Assembly (NCBI GenBank): GCA_022790575.1
Contig: JAAVXM010000049.1
Location: forward strand, 1 to 60,863
Source: Clostridia bacterium
Lineage (GTDB): Bacteria; Bacillota; Clostridia; TANB77; CAG-508
DNA length: 60,863 bases
Direction of reading: 5' to 3'
Position 1 is the first letter of the stretch, and the number at the start of each line of letters is the position of its first letter. Below, piece after piece: positions 57,051 through 60,863 of this stretch. Under the pieces are notes generated by a model. The model saw only the letters and a list, made by a program, of their open reading frames with translations. It did no database searches and was not told the origin of the DNA. The position numbers and the translations under genes were made by a program.

Positions 57051-58733
57051 TTATTGTATCCCTTTGAATTCATACCAGTATCCACCTTTTTCTCCTGAGT
57101 TTGGATATGCATTTTGACTTATATCTGCAACAGTTCCTTCTAAACTCGTTCCTTTTTCTGGTACATTATTAACCTCTTCTAATGTTATATTACGTATCCA
57201 ATATGGTCCCCCATATATAGCCGCTAGGTCAATTTTATTATCTTTTATTTTCATATTACTTATAGGTGTAAAATGTAGAGATATATTTGAAATATCATTT
57301 TTCATTAATGATACTCTTGTTCCGCACAATTTCATTTAAACTATATTGACTTACCATTTTTTTGTCTTTTGATATTCTATATCCTGGTTTATCATTATCA
57401 GGATACATTACAGTTGTACTATTTAATTCAAATGTTCCTGTTGCTTGATTTATTGTATAACCATCTGCAAATTGTTCATAAAAATCATATTCTCCATCAT
57501 GAGGTCCTGTTACTTCTCCTAAAACTTCTCTATATTGTTTGCTCATTTTTACATCCCATTTTTCCCATGTATATAACTTTGTCCTTGCTACTTTTGTTAC
57601 TCTACTTTCATTTTTTAAATTATCTGTTACTACAACAAAACATTCTTTTTCACTCATCCCTTCTCCAGTCCAAGTATAACTTGCTGTTTCTTCTGTTGTA
57701 GTTTGTGTATCTACTAATTTATTATCCACGTAAAATTCATATTGGGCTATACCACTATGTTCATCAATTGCAGTTGCTGTTAATGTAAAAGATTTTTCTG
57801 AATTTGGCGTTGATGATACTTCTATTTTCGGTGCTGTATTGTCAAAGTAAAATGCCTCACTTCCACATATATTTTTCTTTCCTGTTTCTGTTTCTATTAA
57901 TATCCACAAATAATATTTTCCTGTTATCCCTTTACCTGTTATAGTACTTTTATTTATACAGCTTTCTATGAATTCCTCTTCTTTTGGCTCTTGTACATTG
58001 GTTGTCCATTTATATTTTATATTTTTTATCTTTTCATTTGTTTCTATTGCAACTATTTTTACTGAATGTTCATTTTGGTATTGTCTATTTCCATTTGGTG
58101 AAAATTCTACTTCTGCTGTTATTCCTTCTACTGTAGTTTTTATACTTTCTGATAGTTCCGCATATACTTTTACTGTGTATATTCCATTTCGTTTTACTGT
58201 ATATGTTTCTTCTATTTCTTCTTTTATATTATTATATTCATATTCTTTGATTTTTTCTCCTGTTCTCCAAATTTCTATTCTATTTATTCCATTTGTTTTT
58301 TCTTGTGCTGTTATTGTGAATGTTGCTGACCTATTATCTGAGGCTATATCAGGTGTACTTACTGATACTTTTGGGAATATTAGTTTTTCTTCTTTTAATA
58401 AATATTTTCCTACTTTTGGTATACTTCTATCTAATTCATATGCATATCCATCTACTATTGCTACATCTCCTCGTACCTTTGCACCATTTATTTGATTTGT
58501 AATTATACTATCTAAAAATTCCATTTCATTATATTCTATATTTGTTTTCTTTTCTATTTGTGCATTTAATAATACAACTTCTAGTTTCTCTCTTGCCTCT
58601 GCCTCTTTATTGTTTTCTTTTGCTTGTTTCGCTTGACTTATTATTCCATTTTCTCCTACTAACATTGCTATACTTACTCCTGCTAATATTAAAAGAACTA
58701 TAAGTGTGACAACACTAATGTTATAAATTCCAT
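57051..58733 (-). pseudogene. pilin-like Ig-fold surface protein gene with N-terminal and C-terminal frame lesions
   Basis: ATG at 58733 gives MEFITLV, followed by a 1-nt insertion and a 9-nt deletion relative to the paralogues. The main frame 58665-57295 starts inside the helix. A second shift at an A5 run (about 57296-57300) joins it to ORF 57335-57051. Confidence 0.65.
58675..58713. repeat. 39-nt block identical to 21668-21706
   Basis: The same 39-mer read at both loci. Confidence 0.8.
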
Positions 58734-58806
58734 TTATTTAAGTTTTTATAAGAGATTTAAACAAGAAAATAAGCAAAAGGCTAATTCCCTTTGCTTATTT
58801 TTAATT

Positions 58807-60171
58807 TTATTGTGAAATTGAAATCACATAATCTCTATTATCCAATAATCTCATAATAATTGTAATCTCTCTTGAAGTAATTGAATCATTATAATCACTA
58901 ATTTGTGCAGTAATTATATATGTATTTCCCTCTTGTCTACTACTTACATTTTTAAGTGTATTGTTTTCATAAAATTTATTTTTCACAAAATTTTCAAATT
59001 TCCCTACATTATTAAAATTACTTTTTTTGAAGTTATCATCTAACTTACTATAAATATAATCATAGTCTTTATTGTTAACAGCCTCTATAATTTTATTAAC
59101 ATTTAATGCAGCCTTATTTCCTTCTTTTACACTATCATACTTCTCTATAAAGTCTAATATATCTACTGTATAAGTATCTAACATAATCTTACAATCAACC
59201 ATTGACCTCTCTTTAAATATGTAATATTTTCCATTTTGGTCTATAGCAACATATTGTAAAAAGTTTGAATTATTTGCATTTGTTTGATACTTTTTTAGTT
59301 CGATATTTTTAATCATTTCTTTATTATTATTCACATATTTCTCAAAATTCTCTTCACTACCAAATCTTTTTTGTCTATACTCATTATCTAATATATTGTT
59401 ATAAACAAATTTTGGAGATATTTGTACTATTCTTTTATACCTATTTATATATTCTTTTAGAACATCTGCATCTGTTATACCTCCATATGAAAATAAGTTA
59501 TTATCATTAGGCTCTATTTTATCTATTTTATTTTTTATTTTTATATCATCAATATTATTGGCTTGCACTGGCTCTATTGAATATGTACTATTCATATCAT
59601 CTACTGAAACCATTAAATATGTCTCTTTTATCATACTATAATCATTTACATCTTGTATTAAAATTCGTAATGCAAAACTTGTTACATTATCAGTATTTTC
59701 CAGTTTTTTCATTTGAAGTATTGTAACCATATTAGCCTTTTCAATTATACCAAGACTTTGAAGTATATTATCTTCTGTTATACTTTTTTCATTAATATAT
59801 TCTTTTGATAATATATCATATACCAATTTGCCTCTTTGATTTTCACTTATTCCACCATCTTCTTCATCTTCTTCGTCTTCTACTCTTGAATATGAAAGTG
59901 AATAACTAGGTGTTATATAATTTATATATTGTTGCATAAGATGTTTTATAGTTAGATATTCTCCTGATGATATTTCTATTTCTGGTGCATTTTTAAACCA
60001 TTCTTCTTCAAATTCATCTTCATGTGCATCTCCCATTTCTTCTTCAAAATGTTCTTCATTATTTTCACCATTAATACTTTTTTTCATAACTAATATTACA
60101 ATTGTAACTACAATTATTATACATAGTATTATAAATAATGCTAAAAGCTTTTTAATTGTTTCTTTTTTCAT
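58807..60171 (-). CDS. hypothetical membrane-anchored protein with an acidic linker
   Basis: N-terminal TM helix, a Glu/Asp-rich stretch, 454 aa, and a terminator hairpin downstream. Confidence 0.7.
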   Translation of the reverse strand: MKKETIKKLLALFIILCIIIVVTIVILVMKKSINGENNEEHFEEEMGDAHEDEFEEEWFKNAPEIEISSGEYLTIKHLMQQYINYITPSYSLSYSRVEDEEDEEDGGISENQRGKLVYDILSKEYINEKSITEDNILQSLGIIEKANMVTILQMKKLENTDNVTSFALRILIQDVNDYSMIKETYLMVSVDDMNSTYSIEPVQANNIDDIKIKNKIDKIEPNDNNLFSYGGITDADVLKEYINRYKRIVQISPKFVYNNILDNEYRQKRFGSEENFEKYVNNNKEMIKNIELKKYQTNANNSNFLQYVAIDQNGKYYIFKERSMVDCKIMLDTYTVDILDFIEKYDSVKEGNKAALNVNKIIEAVNNKDYDYIYSKLDDNFKKSNFNNVGKFENFVKNKFYENNTLKNVSSRQEGNTYIITAQISDYNDSITSREITIIMRLLDNRDYVISISQ

Positions 60172-60191
60172 ACATTACCTCTATTCTTATA

Positions 60192-60863
60192 TTATTGAGG
60201 AAGTTTTGAATAATCAAATGTCTCAGGATTTACTACATCCCATACTTTATTTCCCCAGTTATCATCTCCCTGTCCATGTGGTACCCAAACTTCTAGATGT
60301 AAATGCGCTCCATAGCTTTGTCCTGTATTACCTACAAGCGCTATCTTTTGACCTTTAGTTACTTTCGTTCCTGCTGATACAAGTAATTTTGAACAGTGTT
60401 GATATAATGTTCCATATCCATTTCCATGGTTGATTCTTACATAATATCCTCTAGCACTATTATATGTTGCAACTTCTACTGTTCCACTTCCTAGTGCTAC
60501 AATTGGCGTTCCTTGAGCCGAACCTATATCTAATCCTCTATGTCTATGTCCTAGTTGTTGTACGTGGAATGCATCATTTCCATAATTATGCTTATTACGT
60601 TTATTGCCTGAATTAGTTAATAATGCATCCATAAATCCACCTATTCCGCTTCCATCTCCTTCGCTTCCTGCACCATAATCTGAAGGACTTAATACTCTTC
60701 CATCACTTGTTATATATTCTCCTGTTATAAATAAGTGTACTATTTTATCTTTTCTATCTTTTGTTCCTGGATAAGAATTTTTTAATGCTGTTTCATTTAA
60801 TCCAGATTTCTTATATGCTGCTAAAAATGAATTTATATAACTTCTATTTGGTCCATATTGATA
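60192..60863 (-). CDS. cell-wall hydrolase with a C-terminal M23 peptidase domain (5' partial; open to the window end)
   Basis: HRGLDIGSAQGTPI ... GNTGQSYGAHLHLEV. The frame stays open upstream of the listed Met through position 60863. Confidence 0.8.
   Translation of the reverse strand, partial: YQYGPNRSYINSFLAAYKKSGLNETALKNSYPGTKDRKDKIVHLFITGEYITSDGRVLSPSDYGAGSEGDGSGIGGFMDALLTNSGNKRNKHNYGNDAFHVQQLGHRHRGLDIGSAQGTPIVALGSGTVEVATYNSARGYYVRINHGNGYGTLYQHCSKLLVSAGTKVTKGQKIALVGNTGQSYGAHLHLEVWVPHGQGDDNWGNKVWDVVNPETFDYSKLPQ

Overview
By eye this is a strongly AT-rich chromosomal segment from an endospore-forming Firmicute, probably class Clostridia. No searches were run. All product calls come from motif recognition in the ORF translations and from my own reading of both strands. 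Most genes are on the minus strand and are housekeeping: radC-mreBCD-PBP2-minC, pcrA, prfA, an sbcCD-like yhaO/yhaN pair, murF, the tadA / SRP RNA / dnaX-ybaB-recR block, murA and rsmI. Sporulation genes are mixed in: spoIIR, spmAB, an alpha/beta SASP, ypeB-like, CotF-like, GerM-like and abrB. Several accessory features interrupt this backbone. (1) Five dispersed paralogues of a pilin-like gene family share an N-terminus (K/R)G-ITLIALV. One is fused in frame to the 3' end of prfA, and three others carry lesions. Two are preceded by a conserved 32-34 aa mini-ORF, and one of those mini-ORFs contains an (AC)10 tract that leaves it one repeat unit out of frame. (2) A type III (cptIN/toxIN-like) toxin-antitoxin module sits on a 0.9-kb mini-island bounded by duplicated tRNA-Arg 3' end plus terminator. 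(3) A self-contained three-gene operon ends in an orphan VirD4/TraG-type coupling protein. (4) A frameshifted MNT-type nucleotidyltransferase is present as a remnant. (5) A transporter cluster (MMPL, YhgE/Pip-like, ABC) contains an orphan response regulator. RNA genes are two tRNA-Arg and a short SRP RNA. I found no CRISPR array, rRNA, transposase or integrase.
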